Of a DNA stretch of 64,000 nucleotides, positions 10,122 to 18,871 are shown in pieces. Within the stretch, counting starts at the first letter, position 1. The number at the start of each line of letters is the position of its first letter. The DNA comes from Desulfovibrio sp. (GTDB taxonomy: Bacteria; Desulfobacterota; Desulfovibrionia; Desulfovibrionales; Desulfovibrionaceae), in assembly GCA_016208105.1 (NCBI GenBank), contig JACQYS010000019.1:76494-140493 (forward strand), read 5' to 3'. The notes below the pieces were generated by a model that was not told where the DNA came from, did no database searches, and worked only from the letters and a program-made list of their open reading frames with translations. The translations under genes were made by a program, and so were the position numbers.

Positions 10122-10919
10122 ATGTCCGTGACCTTCGACTCCATTATCGGCGAACGGCAGAACGCCTACCGCCGGAATCTCACTCGAGGCGGTGTCATCC
10201 TCCTGGCTGTGGGGATGTGCCTGGCCCACTCCGGGCTTTTCGACGTGAACCGGCTGACCGAAGGCGGACCTGCCCTGCTCCGGCTGCTGGGCGAGATGCT
10301 GCCGCCTGATTTCAGCAATATTGGGACCTGGGGGAAACCCCTCCTGGACACCTTGGCTATGAGCGTTGCCGGCACTTTCCTGGCTGTCTGCTTGTCCATC
10401 CCAATCGGTTTTCTTGCAGCGACAAATTCATCACCAAATCCCGCCGTACGGCGAATGGCCCGGGGAGTTCTCAACTTCCTGCGCTCTGTACCCGAACTCA
10501 TCATGGGCATCGTGTTCGTGGCCGCAGTCGGGTTCGGGGCTCTGCCAGGCGTGCTGGCCCTAGGGCTTCACTCCGTGGGGATGGTGGGAAAATTCTTTGC
10601 CGAATCCGTGGAGCACTGCGACGTCCGGCCGGTTGAAGCCGTGCGAGCGGCCGGGGCCTCCCGGCTGCAGGTGATACTGCATGGCATGCTCCCCCAGGTT
10701 ATTCCTCAGATGGCGGATATTACGGTCTACAGGTGGGAGTACAACTTCAGAGCTTCCACAGTCATGGGCATGGTGGGCGCGGGCGGCATCGGTTTCGAGC
10801 TGATGGCCTCGCTACGGTTGATGCAATACCAGGAAGTGGCGGCCATCCTCCTGGTGATACTCGCGATGGTCACTGTGGTGGACGCGCTGGGATCATGGCT
10901 CAGGAGGAAATTCGTATGA
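10122..10919 (+). CDS. ptxC: phosphite/phosphonate ABC transporter permease (PhnE family)
   Basis: 265 aa polytopic protein with PhnE-type motifs (NFLRSVPELIMGIVFV, GAGGIGFEL). Its stop overlaps the ptxD start in an ATGA overlap. Confidence 0.9.
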   Translation: MSVTFDSIIGERQNAYRRNLTRGGVILLAVGMCLAHSGLFDVNRLTEGGPALLRLLGEMLPPDFSNIGTWGKPLLDTLAMSVAGTFLAVCLSIPIGFLAATNSSPNPAVRRMARGVLNFLRSVPELIMGIVFVAAVGFGALPGVLALGLHSVGMVGKFFAESVEHCDVRPVEAVRAAGASRLQVILHGMLPQVIPQMADITVYRWEYNFRASTVMGMVGAGGIGFELMASLRLMQYQEVAAILLVILAMVTVVDALGSWLRRKFV

Positions 10920-11920
10920 AAAAGAAGCCTCTGGTTGTGATCACTCATTGGGTACATCCTCAAGTTTTGTCATACCTTGAGCGACACTGCCGGGTTCTGC
11001 CCAATGAGTCCCGGGAGAGTCTGCCCAGGGAAGAACTCTTCTCCAGACTAACCCACGCGGATGCGGTCATGATGTTCATGCCGGACTGGGTGGATCAGGA
11101 ACTGCTTGACCATGCCCCCAAGCTCAAGGTCATCGGAGCGGCGCTTAAGGGTTTCGACAATTTCGACGTCAAGAGCATCACTGCTCGCGGCATATGGCTG
11201 ACCAACGTGCCTGACCTTTTAACCGTACCTACCGCAGAATTGGCCATTGGCCTCATGCTGGCACTAAGCCGCAATGTGCTTGCAGGGGACCGCCGTGTCC
11301 GATCAGGGAACTTCCAGGGATGGCGGCCGAGCTTATACGGCACTGGAATACAGGGGCGGACTGTCGGCATCATCGGGCTGGGCAAATTGGGTCAGGCTGT
11401 TGCGCAACGTCTGATAGGATGGGAAGCCAGGGTCCTGGGGTACGATCCCGTCCCCTTGCCGGACGACAAGGCGCGCGAGTTGCGCCTGGAACAGTTGGAA
11501 CTGGACGAGTTGCTAGGCCTCGCCGACCATGTTCTACTGCTTTCTCCCTTGACTGAGAGTTCGCACCATCTTCTGAATGCAAAGCGACTGGCTACAATGA
11601 AATCTGGCAGCTTTTTGATAAACGCCGGGCGTGGTTCGTGCGTAGACGAAGCTGCAGTGGCGAAGGCTTTGGAAAATGGGCGACTGAATGGTTATTCTGC
11701 GGATGTGTTTGAATTCGAAGACTGGATTCTACCCGGCCGTCCCGCCACTCTTTCCGGTGAACTCCTCTCCAAGCTGGATCAAACGCTTTTCACTCCCCAC
11801 CTGGGGTCCGCAGTCGAAGAGGTGCGTTTGGCAATCGCCATGGAAGCAGCGGAAAACATCGTCGACGCTCTTCAGCAGCAACAGCCCAGGTGCGCCGTCA
11901 ATTCGCCAGGCACCATTTAG
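10916..11920 (+). CDS. ptxD: NAD-dependent phosphite dehydrogenase (D-2-hydroxyacid dehydrogenase family)
   Basis: Start MKKKPLVVITHWVHPQV (ATG 10916, RBS caggagga). It has GIIGLGKLG NAD-binding motif, NAGRGS / ADVFEFED / TPHLGSA catalytic R-E-H positions, and an RRVRSGNFQGWRP segment like the one I recall in Pseudomonas stutzeri PtxD. It is linked to PhnCDE-type genes. Confidence 0.88.
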   Translation: MKKKPLVVITHWVHPQVLSYLERHCRVLPNESRESLPREELFSRLTHADAVMMFMPDWVDQELLDHAPKLKVIGAALKGFDNFDVKSITARGIWLTNVPDLLTVPTAELAIGLMLALSRNVLAGDRRVRSGNFQGWRPSLYGTGIQGRTVGIIGLGKLGQAVAQRLIGWEARVLGYDPVPLPDDKARELRLEQLELDELLGLADHVLLLSPLTESSHHLLNAKRLATMKSGSFLINAGRGSCVDEAAVAKALENGRLNGYSADVFEFEDWILPGRPATLSGELLSKLDQTLFTPHLGSAVEEVRLAIAMEAAENIVDALQQQQPRCAVNSPGTI

Positions 11921-11941
11921 GGGGGCCCAACCAAAGTTCTG

Positions 11942-12541
11942 TCAGCCTAGAAACGGCAGGTCCACGAAAAGCAGGAAGCCGTTGGCGCCAAGAAATACGC
12001 CCATCCCGGCCGACACCAAAGAAAGCCACAGGGTCTTGCGCGAGCCGGAGATGATGGACACCGAGGCCAGGATGATGGCCAGCTGGAGGAGCACCTCGGA
12101 ATAATCGAAGTAGGGATCCTTCTTCATGCTCCGGTCCCGCTCTTCCTCATGGTGCGCGGCCTTCCGGGCGATCTCGGTTTTATCCTGGGCGAAGCGGGTC
12201 TCTTCAGCGGCCAGTTGTTCCAGAAGTTTCTCGAAGCGCTCACGGGCCGCCGGACTCTGACTCTCGCGAGAAGCCAACTCCACTTCCAGGATGGAACGCT
12301 CCAGTTTATAGAAATGCTCGCGTTGGGCCTTGGCCTGGTAGTGGGCCCACTGGTTGGTGACTTTCTGCTGCTCCATCATCATTTCCTTGGCCGCATTGCT
12401 GCCGCCAAGGGCGCAAATGGACAACACCACAGCGTATATGGCCGTGAGCAGGGCCACCCGTTTTGAAAAGCGCTTGTCCGCGCTCTCCTCGGCCTTCTCT
12501 GCAATCTCCCCTATCTGTTCGACTTCAGGACATTCCGCCAT
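11942..12541 (-). CDS. DUF4337-like membrane protein
   Basis: Start MAECPEVEQ (cat 12539-12541). It has a charged coiled region between an N-terminal TM (RVALLTAIYAVVLSICALGG) and a C-terminal TM pair, the architecture I associate with DUF4337. The start is uncertain; an alternative is 12604. Confidence 0.65.
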   Translation of the reverse strand: MAECPEVEQIGEIAEKAEESADKRFSKRVALLTAIYAVVLSICALGGSNAAKEMMMEQQKVTNQWAHYQAKAQREHFYKLERSILEVELASRESQSPAARERFEKLLEQLAAEETRFAQDKTEIARKAAHHEEERDRSMKKDPYFDYSEVLLQLAIILASVSIISGSRKTLWLSLVSAGMGVFLGANGFLLFVDLPFLG

Positions 12542-12606
12542 GGCATCTCTCTCTTCGTCATCCCAAGGTGCGGGTCCGGTGGGATCGCACCGCACCCCAT
12601 CCATGA

Positions 12607-13602
12607 CTAGAAATTGAAATTCAGCCTTTCGCGCAGCTCCTCGATAGTGGTCCTAGCGGCCTGACGAGCCCGTTCGTTGCCGTCGCGCAGAATATCCCAG
12701 GCCAGGTCCGGGTTCTTGTCCAGCTCGGCCCGGCGCTCCTGGAAGGGGCCCAGGAACTCGCACAGGTTGGCGGTCATTATCTTCTTGCACTCGCCGCATC
12801 CCATGGCTGCGGTGCGGCAGTCCCTGGCGATGCGCTGGCACTCCTCCACCGGGGTGAACAGCTCGTGGTAGGGATAGAGGTTGCACTCGTCGGGTTCGCC
12901 AGGGTCCTTTAAGCGGGCACGCTTCACGCAGGTGAGCATGGTGGAGACCTTCTTGCGCACCTCGTCCAGATTCTCGCCCAGTGAAATCGAGTTGCCGTAG
13001 CTCTTGGACATTTTGCGACCGTCAAGGCCGGGAAGCTTGGGTGATTTGGTCAGCTTGGCCTCGGGTTCGGGGAATATGTTCCCCCAGAAGTGGTTGGCCC
13101 GGCGGGCGATCTCGCGGGTGAGCTCCAGATGCGGCAGCTGGTCCTGGCCCACAGGCACCCACTTGGGCTTGTAGATAAGGATGTCCGAGGCCATGAGCAC
13201 GGGATACCCCAGAAATCCGTAAGTGGAGAGGTCCTTGGTGCCATCAAGCTGGTCTCGCACGTCCTTGTAGGTGGGACAGCGCTCCAGCCAGCTCACCGGG
13301 GTGATCATGGACATGAGCAGGTGCAACTCGGCATGCTCCTTCACCTGGGACTGCTGGAACATGACGCACCGAGCCGGATCGAGCCCGGAAGCGACCCAGT
13401 CGGTGACCAGGCCGGGTACGAAGCCCTTCACTCTCGCGGGATCGGCGTACTCCGTGGTCAGGGCGTGCCAGTCAGCCACGAAGAAGAAACACTGGTGGTC
13501 CTTGTGCAGTTCCACCCAGCTGTCCAGAACGCCGAAATAGTGTCCGAGGTGCAGGGGGCCGGTAGGGCGCATGCCCGATACGATTCGGTTATTGGCGGTC
13601 AT
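12607..13602 (-). CDS. trpS: tryptophan--tRNA ligase (with C-terminal Cys cluster)
   Basis: Class I signatures PTGPLHLGHY (HIGH) and KMSKS are present. 331 aa. Confidence 0.95.
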   Translation of the reverse strand: MTANNRIVSGMRPTGPLHLGHYFGVLDSWVELHKDHQCFFFVADWHALTTEYADPARVKGFVPGLVTDWVASGLDPARCVMFQQSQVKEHAELHLLMSMITPVSWLERCPTYKDVRDQLDGTKDLSTYGFLGYPVLMASDILIYKPKWVPVGQDQLPHLELTREIARRANHFWGNIFPEPEAKLTKSPKLPGLDGRKMSKSYGNSISLGENLDEVRKKVSTMLTCVKRARLKDPGEPDECNLYPYHELFTPVEECQRIARDCRTAAMGCGECKKIMTANLCEFLGPFQERRAELDKNPDLAWDILRDGNERARQAARTTIEELRERLNFNF

Positions 13603-13611
13603 GTCGGCTCG

Positions 13612-14259
13612 CTAGATCAGAAGGTTGTAAAGATATGACACCACGGGCCCGAGGACGCGCCCCAGGATGCCGCTGATGGCAAGAAGAATCACGATGACGA
13701 ATCCCCAGCGTTCCTTGAGCGACAATTCATAGGCCCACCGCGCTGGCAAAAGCCCCATAAGCAAATGCCCGCCATCCAGGGGAGGGATGGGGAGCAGATT
13801 GAACACCCCCAGAGCAAGGTTCACCTGCACGCTGGCGACAGTCATGTAGAGAAGCGGGAGCAGGAAGTAGGCCCTGACAGCGGGGTCGCTTATCAGGTGC
13901 GCCGTGTTTTGGATGCCATCGAGAGCAAGGGCCGACAACACGGCAAGCACGAAATTCGACGCCGGACCGGCCGCCGAGACCAGCACCATGCCCATGCGGG
14001 GATTCTTGAAATAACGTCCGTCCACGGGCACGGGCTTGGCCCAGCCGATCATCTGGGTAAGCACGAAGGCCAGAAGGCCCAAGGGATCCAGATGCTTCAG
14101 CGGGTTGAGCGTCAGACGCCCCGCCAGCCTCGCGGTGGGGTCGCCCAGGAGAGCGGCCACCGCGCCGTGGGAAACCTCGTGGAAGGTGACTGCCATGAGC
14201 ATGGGCGGGGCAAAGATGGCCAGTTTCAACAGAAACTGGCTCATGTCCTCAAAAAGCAT
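13612..14259 (-). CDS. site-2 protease family (peptidase M50) membrane metalloprotease
   Basis: HEVSHG (HExxH) lies in the first TM region and LLPIPPLDGG is a downstream motif. 215 aa, polytopic. Confidence 0.85.
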   Translation of the reverse strand: MLFEDMSQFLLKLAIFAPPMLMAVTFHEVSHGAVAALLGDPTARLAGRLTLNPLKHLDPLGLLAFVLTQMIGWAKPVPVDGRYFKNPRMGMVLVSAAGPASNFVLAVLSALALDGIQNTAHLISDPAVRAYFLLPLLYMTVASVQVNLALGVFNLLPIPPLDGGHLLMGLLPARWAYELSLKERWGFVIVILLAISGILGRVLGPVVSYLYNLLI

Positions 14260-14342
14260 GGGCAGGGGCTAGCATGAACCCCACGGGAGGGCAAGGGGAC
14301 GCGGCCGGGGAGCCCCGGCCGCGTAGGGTTTTGAGAGAATGA

Positions 14343-14720
14343 TTACGCGCTGGCCGTGGCCTTGTCCAAGGCCAGTGTCACCTTGGACTTGAGCTCGGTC
14401 AAGTCCACCGATTTCACCACGTAGTAATCCGCGGCAATGGATTTGAGGTCATGTTGAAATGAATCATACGCGGTGGAGAGGATCACGGGAATGGCCTGGT
14501 CCTTACCCCGGATCTCCTGCAGAAGGTCCAGGCCGGAACGGTTAGGCCCGAGCTTGATGTCCAAAACCACCACCGCCGGTTTCTCCCTGTCGAGCACGGC
14601 AAGGATGGGTTCCTCCCCGTCGGAGGTGGCCACTTCATATCCTTCACCTTCAAGCTCCTCTTGGTAGAGCATGCGGATGTGCTTCTCGTCGTCCACCACT
14701 AGGACCTTTTTCGAACTCAT
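14343..14720 (-). CDS. single-domain response regulator (CheY-like receiver)
   Basis: VLVVDDE...VVVLDIKLGP...ILSTAY...K are receiver motifs. An RBS ggagg lies upstream of ATG 14720. Confidence 0.9.
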   Translation of the reverse strand: MSSKKVLVVDDEKHIRMLYQEELEGEGYEVATSDGEEPILAVLDREKPAVVVLDIKLGPNRSGLDLLQEIRGKDQAIPVILSTAYDSFQHDLKSIAADYYVVKSVDLTELKSKVTLALDKATASA

Positions 14721-14854
14721 GGAGACCTCCGGAGCTTGGCGCGTCTCGCGCTTTCACACCAACACCATATGCTCAAAAACAAGGGTCGGGTCAACACGTT
14801 TCGCTGCCGCGCCAGCGCTTGCCCAAAGCGGACTCTCGCGGTAGGACCTCCCCC

Positions 14855-15052
14855 ATGATAACCGTTGTCCTTGAATCCACGGGGGAGCGGATTGAGTTCC
14901 GCCGCCTCAATACAGTCACCCAGCTTCTTGGAAAGCTCAAGCTCAAACCGAGCGAAGTTCTGGTCATCCGTGGCCGAGAGCTGCTCACCCCCGACCGTAA
15001 AGTTGGCCATGAAGGCGAAATCCGCGTACGCCACGTGGTCTCCAGGGGATAG
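14855..15052 (+). CDS. ThiS/MoaD-like ubiquitin-fold sulfur-carrier candidate (65 aa)
   Basis: MITVVLESTGERIEFRRLNTVTQLLGKLKLKPSEVLVIRGRELLTPDRKVGHEGEIRVRHVVSRG follows the beta-grasp pattern of ThiS/MoaD/TtuB. It sits 6 nt upstream of a TtuA-like gene. It competes with an antisense 159-aa ORF, which I rejected. Confidence 0.6.
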   Translation: MITVVLESTGERIEFRRLNTVTQLLGKLKLKPSEVLVIRGRELLTPDRKVGHEGEIRVRHVVSRG

Positions 15053-15058
15053 GCGAAC

Positions 15059-15955
15059 ATGAAGTGCCGTCGCTGCGGGGAACTTGCCCAAGTGGCCCTC
15101 CCCAGTCATCATACCGGATTTTGCGCGCCCTGCTTCGAGACCTATTTCCTCCGCCAGGTTGAAAGAGGCATCCACGAGCATAAACAGTTCAGCCACGAGG
15201 ATCGCGTGGTCCTGGCGGTGTCCGGCGGCAAAGATTCACTGGGTCTGCTGCTCGCACTCACTGAATTGGGCTACACCATTACAGCGCTGCACATCGACCT
15301 GGGAATTCCTGTTTCCTCGGAAAACGCCAGGAGTACTGTCGAAAGCTTTTGCGCCGAGCACGGCATCGCCTGTCACATCCTGGAGATGGCCCAGAAGGGG
15401 CTGCCCATTCCCGAGGTGAAGAAAATCATAAGGCGCCCCATCTGTTCGATGTGCGGCAAAATAAAGCGCCACTGGTTCAACAGATTCGCATTCGAAAACG
15501 GATTCGACGTCCTGGCGACCGGGCACAACCTGGACGACGAGGCCGCCCGGCTCTTCGCCAACACCATTCGCTGGGACCAAGCCTACCTGGCCGGGCAAGG
15601 GCCGGTAAAACCAGGGGAAGGCCGCTTCGTGAAAAAGGTCAAGCCCCTGTGCCGGGTGACCGAGTACGAGACAGCTGTATGGTGCTTTCTCAAGGGCATC
15701 GAGCATGTGCTGGCCGCCTGTCCGTATTCCGGTGGGGCGAGTTTCACCGGGCACAAGAAATTATTGGCCGACCTCGAGGAGAGAAGCCCGGGCATGAAGA
15801 TGCAATTCTACGAACATTTCCTGCGAAACGGCAAACCGGCCTTCGAGGCCATGACGCTCTCCGCTCCTGCGCTCAGAGAGTGCGCTGAATGCGGGTTCCC
15901 GTCTTCCCTTGAGCTGTGCGGGGTGTGCCGGATCAAGGCGCAGTTGGAGACGTAG
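15059..15955 (+). CDS. TtuA/Ncs6-like tRNA 2-thiolation PP-loop ATPase
   Basis: N-terminal CxxC...CxxC zinc finger (CRRCG...CAPC), PP-loop SGGKDS, central CSMCG (Fe-S ligand region) and a C-terminal CAECG...CGVC finger. Confidence 0.85.
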   Translation: MKCRRCGELAQVALPSHHTGFCAPCFETYFLRQVERGIHEHKQFSHEDRVVLAVSGGKDSLGLLLALTELGYTITALHIDLGIPVSSENARSTVESFCAEHGIACHILEMAQKGLPIPEVKKIIRRPICSMCGKIKRHWFNRFAFENGFDVLATGHNLDDEAARLFANTIRWDQAYLAGQGPVKPGEGRFVKKVKPLCRVTEYETAVWCFLKGIEHVLAACPYSGGASFTGHKKLLADLEERSPGMKMQFYEHFLRNGKPAFEAMTLSAPALRECAECGFPSSLELCGVCRIKAQLET

Positions 15956-15958
15956 CTG

Positions 15959-16579
15959 ATGGAACTCTCCGCATGGGTTGCCAGCCGGGAGCGTGGTGCG
16001 CTGAAACGCGTCAGAACTGTTGGCCTGGGGCTGGCTGGAATTTTGTTCATCCTGACGGTTTGGCTCGGCTGGCGCGAAGCCAGGCTGACATCGTTATCCC
16101 AACACGTTGAAGGGGCCTTACAGGCTGAGAACAGACACACTACGCGTCTTCGCCTCAAGGCGCTGTCCCAAGTCATCTACCTGGCCAAAGTCCGTGCAAA
16201 CAGCCTCCTCGCAGACATGACTGACAAGTCTGACCTATCTGCCCCATGTCTCCAACTTAATTGTATGCGAAGCCTGGACGCTTCCTCGGCATGTGTTGTT
16301 GCTTGGGAGACTAACCTGACGAGGATATGGAAGGCAGCGTTCTCTCTCGACGCCCCTCCCACTGGGGCAGAGATGCAAAGGGACGTTTGGGGGGCGCCCT
16401 ATCTTCTCGACCAATCTGAAGCCTCATGCGGAAACTACGGAGCGTGGTGCCCACACGATGTGGTCAGCAGCGCCGGCCCTGACAGTAAGCCCAACACGGA
16501 TGATGACATCCACGAGACAATCCCCCAGCACTTGGGACCTTCACGCGTCAAACTGAACGGTTCGTCACCCTCCCAATAA
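15959..16579 (+). CDS. membrane-anchored hypothetical protein with pseudopilin(GspG)-like C-terminal motif
   Basis: One N-terminal TM (VGLGLAGILFILTVWLGW). The C-terminal DVWGAPYLLD...SSAGPDSKPNTDDDI resembles the DPWGxPY...GxDGxxGTxDDI core of type II secretion pseudopilins. The start lies 3 nt after the upstream stop. Confidence 0.5.
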   Translation: MELSAWVASRERGALKRVRTVGLGLAGILFILTVWLGWREARLTSLSQHVEGALQAENRHTTRLRLKALSQVIYLAKVRANSLLADMTDKSDLSAPCLQLNCMRSLDASSACVVAWETNLTRIWKAAFSLDAPPTGAEMQRDVWGAPYLLDQSEASCGNYGAWCPHDVVSSAGPDSKPNTDDDIHETIPQHLGPSRVKLNGSSPSQ

Positions 16580-17350
16580 CCACACCAGATTTCCACCCGG
16601 CCGCACTCTCCCCGCTGGGCATCCCCCGCAATGTCCAGATGCCGCGTTCTCGGCCAGTTTGGTTTTGTCCGGTCCCGACACGAGGAAGAAAACGTTTCTG
16701 GCAGCATTGATGACAGGCAAGGTGAGGGTCAGACGAGATACCAGCGGGGTCGCTCCAGCATAGGTGACGGGAAGAACCCAGCGCACGCGCTCATCCAGGG
16801 CTGGCTGGCCAGGAAAGAGGGACGCCGTATGGCCGTCGCCCCCAAGACCAAGATGAATCACATCGAACTCGGGGATCGCCCCATCCCCGAAGAAACGCCG
16901 GAGCATGTTTTCATAGGTCCACGCAGCCTTTTCAGGATCGACCATTCCAACCGGCACTTTCTGGACTGCCCCTGAACCTACGCTCTCAGTCTGATTTGTG
17001 TTTTCGTTGGGCACCTGCTCCACCCACATGGGGTGGATGTTGCTCGTTGGAAGAGACACACGGGAGAGCAGACGCTCCCAGGCCAGACGGTAATTGCTTT
17101 CCGGTGCATCCAGCGGGACCAGGCGTTCATCCACCCAGAATATGTGCACCTTGTCCCAGGGCAATCCCTGCTCTGCAAGAAGTTCGAAATACCGACCCGG
17201 AGTGGACCCGCCAGACAATGCCAATGCGGCCCTTCCACGTTCCGCAACTGCCTCGCGAACAGCCTCCGCTGTCAGGAGCGCCGCCCTGAAGCTTGCGGCC
17301 TCTTGGTCCGCGAAGCGCTCAAGACTACCGGCGCTCATTGCCAACAACAT
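16565..17350 (-). CDS. pgl: 6-phosphogluconolactonase
   Basis: ALSGGSTP...FWVDER...GLGGDGHTASLFP are SolA/DevB-type motifs. It overlaps the zwf stop. Confidence 0.88.
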   Translation of the reverse strand: MLLAMSAGSLERFADQEAASFRAALLTAEAVREAVAERGRAALALSGGSTPGRYFELLAEQGLPWDKVHIFWVDERLVPLDAPESNYRLAWERLLSRVSLPTSNIHPMWVEQVPNENTNQTESVGSGAVQKVPVGMVDPEKAAWTYENMLRRFFGDGAIPEFDVIHLGLGGDGHTASLFPGQPALDERVRWVLPVTYAGATPLVSRLTLTLPVINAARNVFFLVSGPDKTKLAENAASGHCGGCPAGRVRPGGNLVWLLGG

Positions 17351-18869
17351 CCCTAAAATAGTTCAAGTGGACCATGTTCGAATCCCTTGGCCCCCAGCTG
17401 CCGGCGGGATAGAACTTGAGATATTTCTCCATTTCGTCGCACTGGTCGCACATTTCCAGAATGGGAGTCAGATATCCCCAGGACAGTTCCACCCCGTCCT
17501 GGCGCCAGAAGAGCATGTGGTCGCCCAGCATGCAGTCCAGAATCACCTTTTCATAGGAATCCAGGGCCGGCCCTGTGAAGCCCTCCTTGAAATCGAAGCT
17601 CATGGACGCTGAGCGCAGGCAGAAGCCCTCGCCGGACTTTTTGGCCTGAAGTGTCAGGTTTATTCCTTCATTGGGATAGATTTCCATGATGAGCCGGTTG
17701 GCCAAGACGCGCTCCCCAACAATATCACGGTAGATGGAATGCGGCACTTCCTTGAACTGCACCACGACACGCGTGATTTTCTCGGCCAGGCGCTTTCCGG
17801 AGCAGATATAGAAGGGCACGCCCTGCCAGCGCCAGTTATCTATATAAGCCTTAAGCATAGCGAAAGTCGGCGTGATGGAACCGGGCGCCACATTCGGCTC
17901 TTCCCGGTAGCCGGGCATGGAGCCATCCGCACTGGCCGAGTACTGGCCCAGCACCAGCTGCCCAAAACCCTTTTCCGGGTCGAACGGCCGCAGGCTGCGA
18001 TAAACCTTGGTTTTCTCGTCCAGCACCTCGCGAGCACGAAACACCGAGGGGGGTTCCATGGCGGCCAGGGCCAGAAGCTGCATCATGTGATTCTGGAACA
18101 TGTCACGCAAGACCCCGGACTGCTCATAATAGCCGGCCCGGTGCTCAACTCCCAATTCTTCCGCAGCCACGATGGACACGTAGTCAACATAGTTGCGGTT
18201 CCACACAGGTTCGAACACGGCGTTGGCGAAGCGAAACAACAGGACGTTCTGAACTGTTTCCTTGGCCAGGTAATGGTCGATCCGAAATATCTGCTCTTCG
18301 GCGAAGTGCTGGTGCATGGCCGCATCCAGAGTGCGGGACGAGGACAGGTCGCGCCCGAAGGGTTTTTCCACCACTATCCTGGTCCACGCGCCCTTGGCCT
18401 TATTCCTGGACAGTCCCGCTTCCCCGAGCATCCCGGACACCGGTTCGTAGAGCGTGGGAGGGATTGCCAGGTAGAACATCCGGTTTCCCGGCAAGCTTTG
18501 GCTCTCCTCGACTCCGGCCATAAACCGGGCCAGCTCCTGATATCCTTTGAGTGCGTCATACTCCATGGGAAGGTAGTAGATCCTGGACTGAAAAATCTTC
18601 CAGTCGATTCCCGCCAGGTTGCCGGAAGACTCCAGCCATTCCCGGACCTTTTCCCGAAATTCGTCCGAGTTCATGGCTGTTCTGGCAGCGCCCACTATGG
18701 CGAAGTTGTCCGGCAGGTCACCCACCTCGAAGAGCCTGGCCAGGGCGGGAAAGAGCTTTCGCGAGGACAAGTCTCCAGATGCGCCAAAAATAACAATGGT
18801 GCAATCCAGCGGGCGCTCCGTCAGCCTGCACTGCTCGGACTCGACGGATTTGGTCCGGACCGTATCCAC
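17325..18869 (-). CDS. zwf: glucose-6-phosphate 1-dehydrogenase
   Basis: IVIFGASGDLSSRKLFPAL (NADP site) and RIDHYLAKE (active-site signature). 514 aa. Confidence 0.95.
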   Translation of the reverse strand: MDTVRTKSVESEQCRLTERPLDCTIVIFGASGDLSSRKLFPALARLFEVGDLPDNFAIVGAARTAMNSDEFREKVREWLESSGNLAGIDWKIFQSRIYYLPMEYDALKGYQELARFMAGVEESQSLPGNRMFYLAIPPTLYEPVSGMLGEAGLSRNKAKGAWTRIVVEKPFGRDLSSSRTLDAAMHQHFAEEQIFRIDHYLAKETVQNVLLFRFANAVFEPVWNRNYVDYVSIVAAEELGVEHRAGYYEQSGVLRDMFQNHMMQLLALAAMEPPSVFRAREVLDEKTKVYRSLRPFDPEKGFGQLVLGQYSASADGSMPGYREEPNVAPGSITPTFAMLKAYIDNWRWQGVPFYICSGKRLAEKITRVVVQFKEVPHSIYRDIVGERVLANRLIMEIYPNEGINLTLQAKKSGEGFCLRSASMSFDFKEGFTGPALDSYEKVILDCMLGDHMLFWRQDGVELSWGYLTPILEMCDQCDEMEKYLKFYPAGSWGPRDSNMVHLNYFRDVVGNERR

Positions 18870-18871
18870 GG

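Noticed and set aside
14299-14323. Hairpin cgcggccgggg-agc-cccggccgcg between the response-regulator gene and the M50 protease gene
   Set aside because: On the minus strand, the direction of both genes, no U-tract follows. The T-run (tagggtttt) is on the plus strand, where no gene ends. The function is unclear, so it is not reported as a terminator.
14717-15196. 159-aa minus-strand ORF upstream of, and stop-overlapping, the response-regulator gene
   Set aside because: It overlaps the 5' end of the well-supported TtuA-like gene and the ThiS-like ORF. It has no recognisable domain. The plus-strand small ORF has a clear beta-grasp-like sequence pattern and the expected synteny. A small doubt remains (see the ThiS/TtuA finding).
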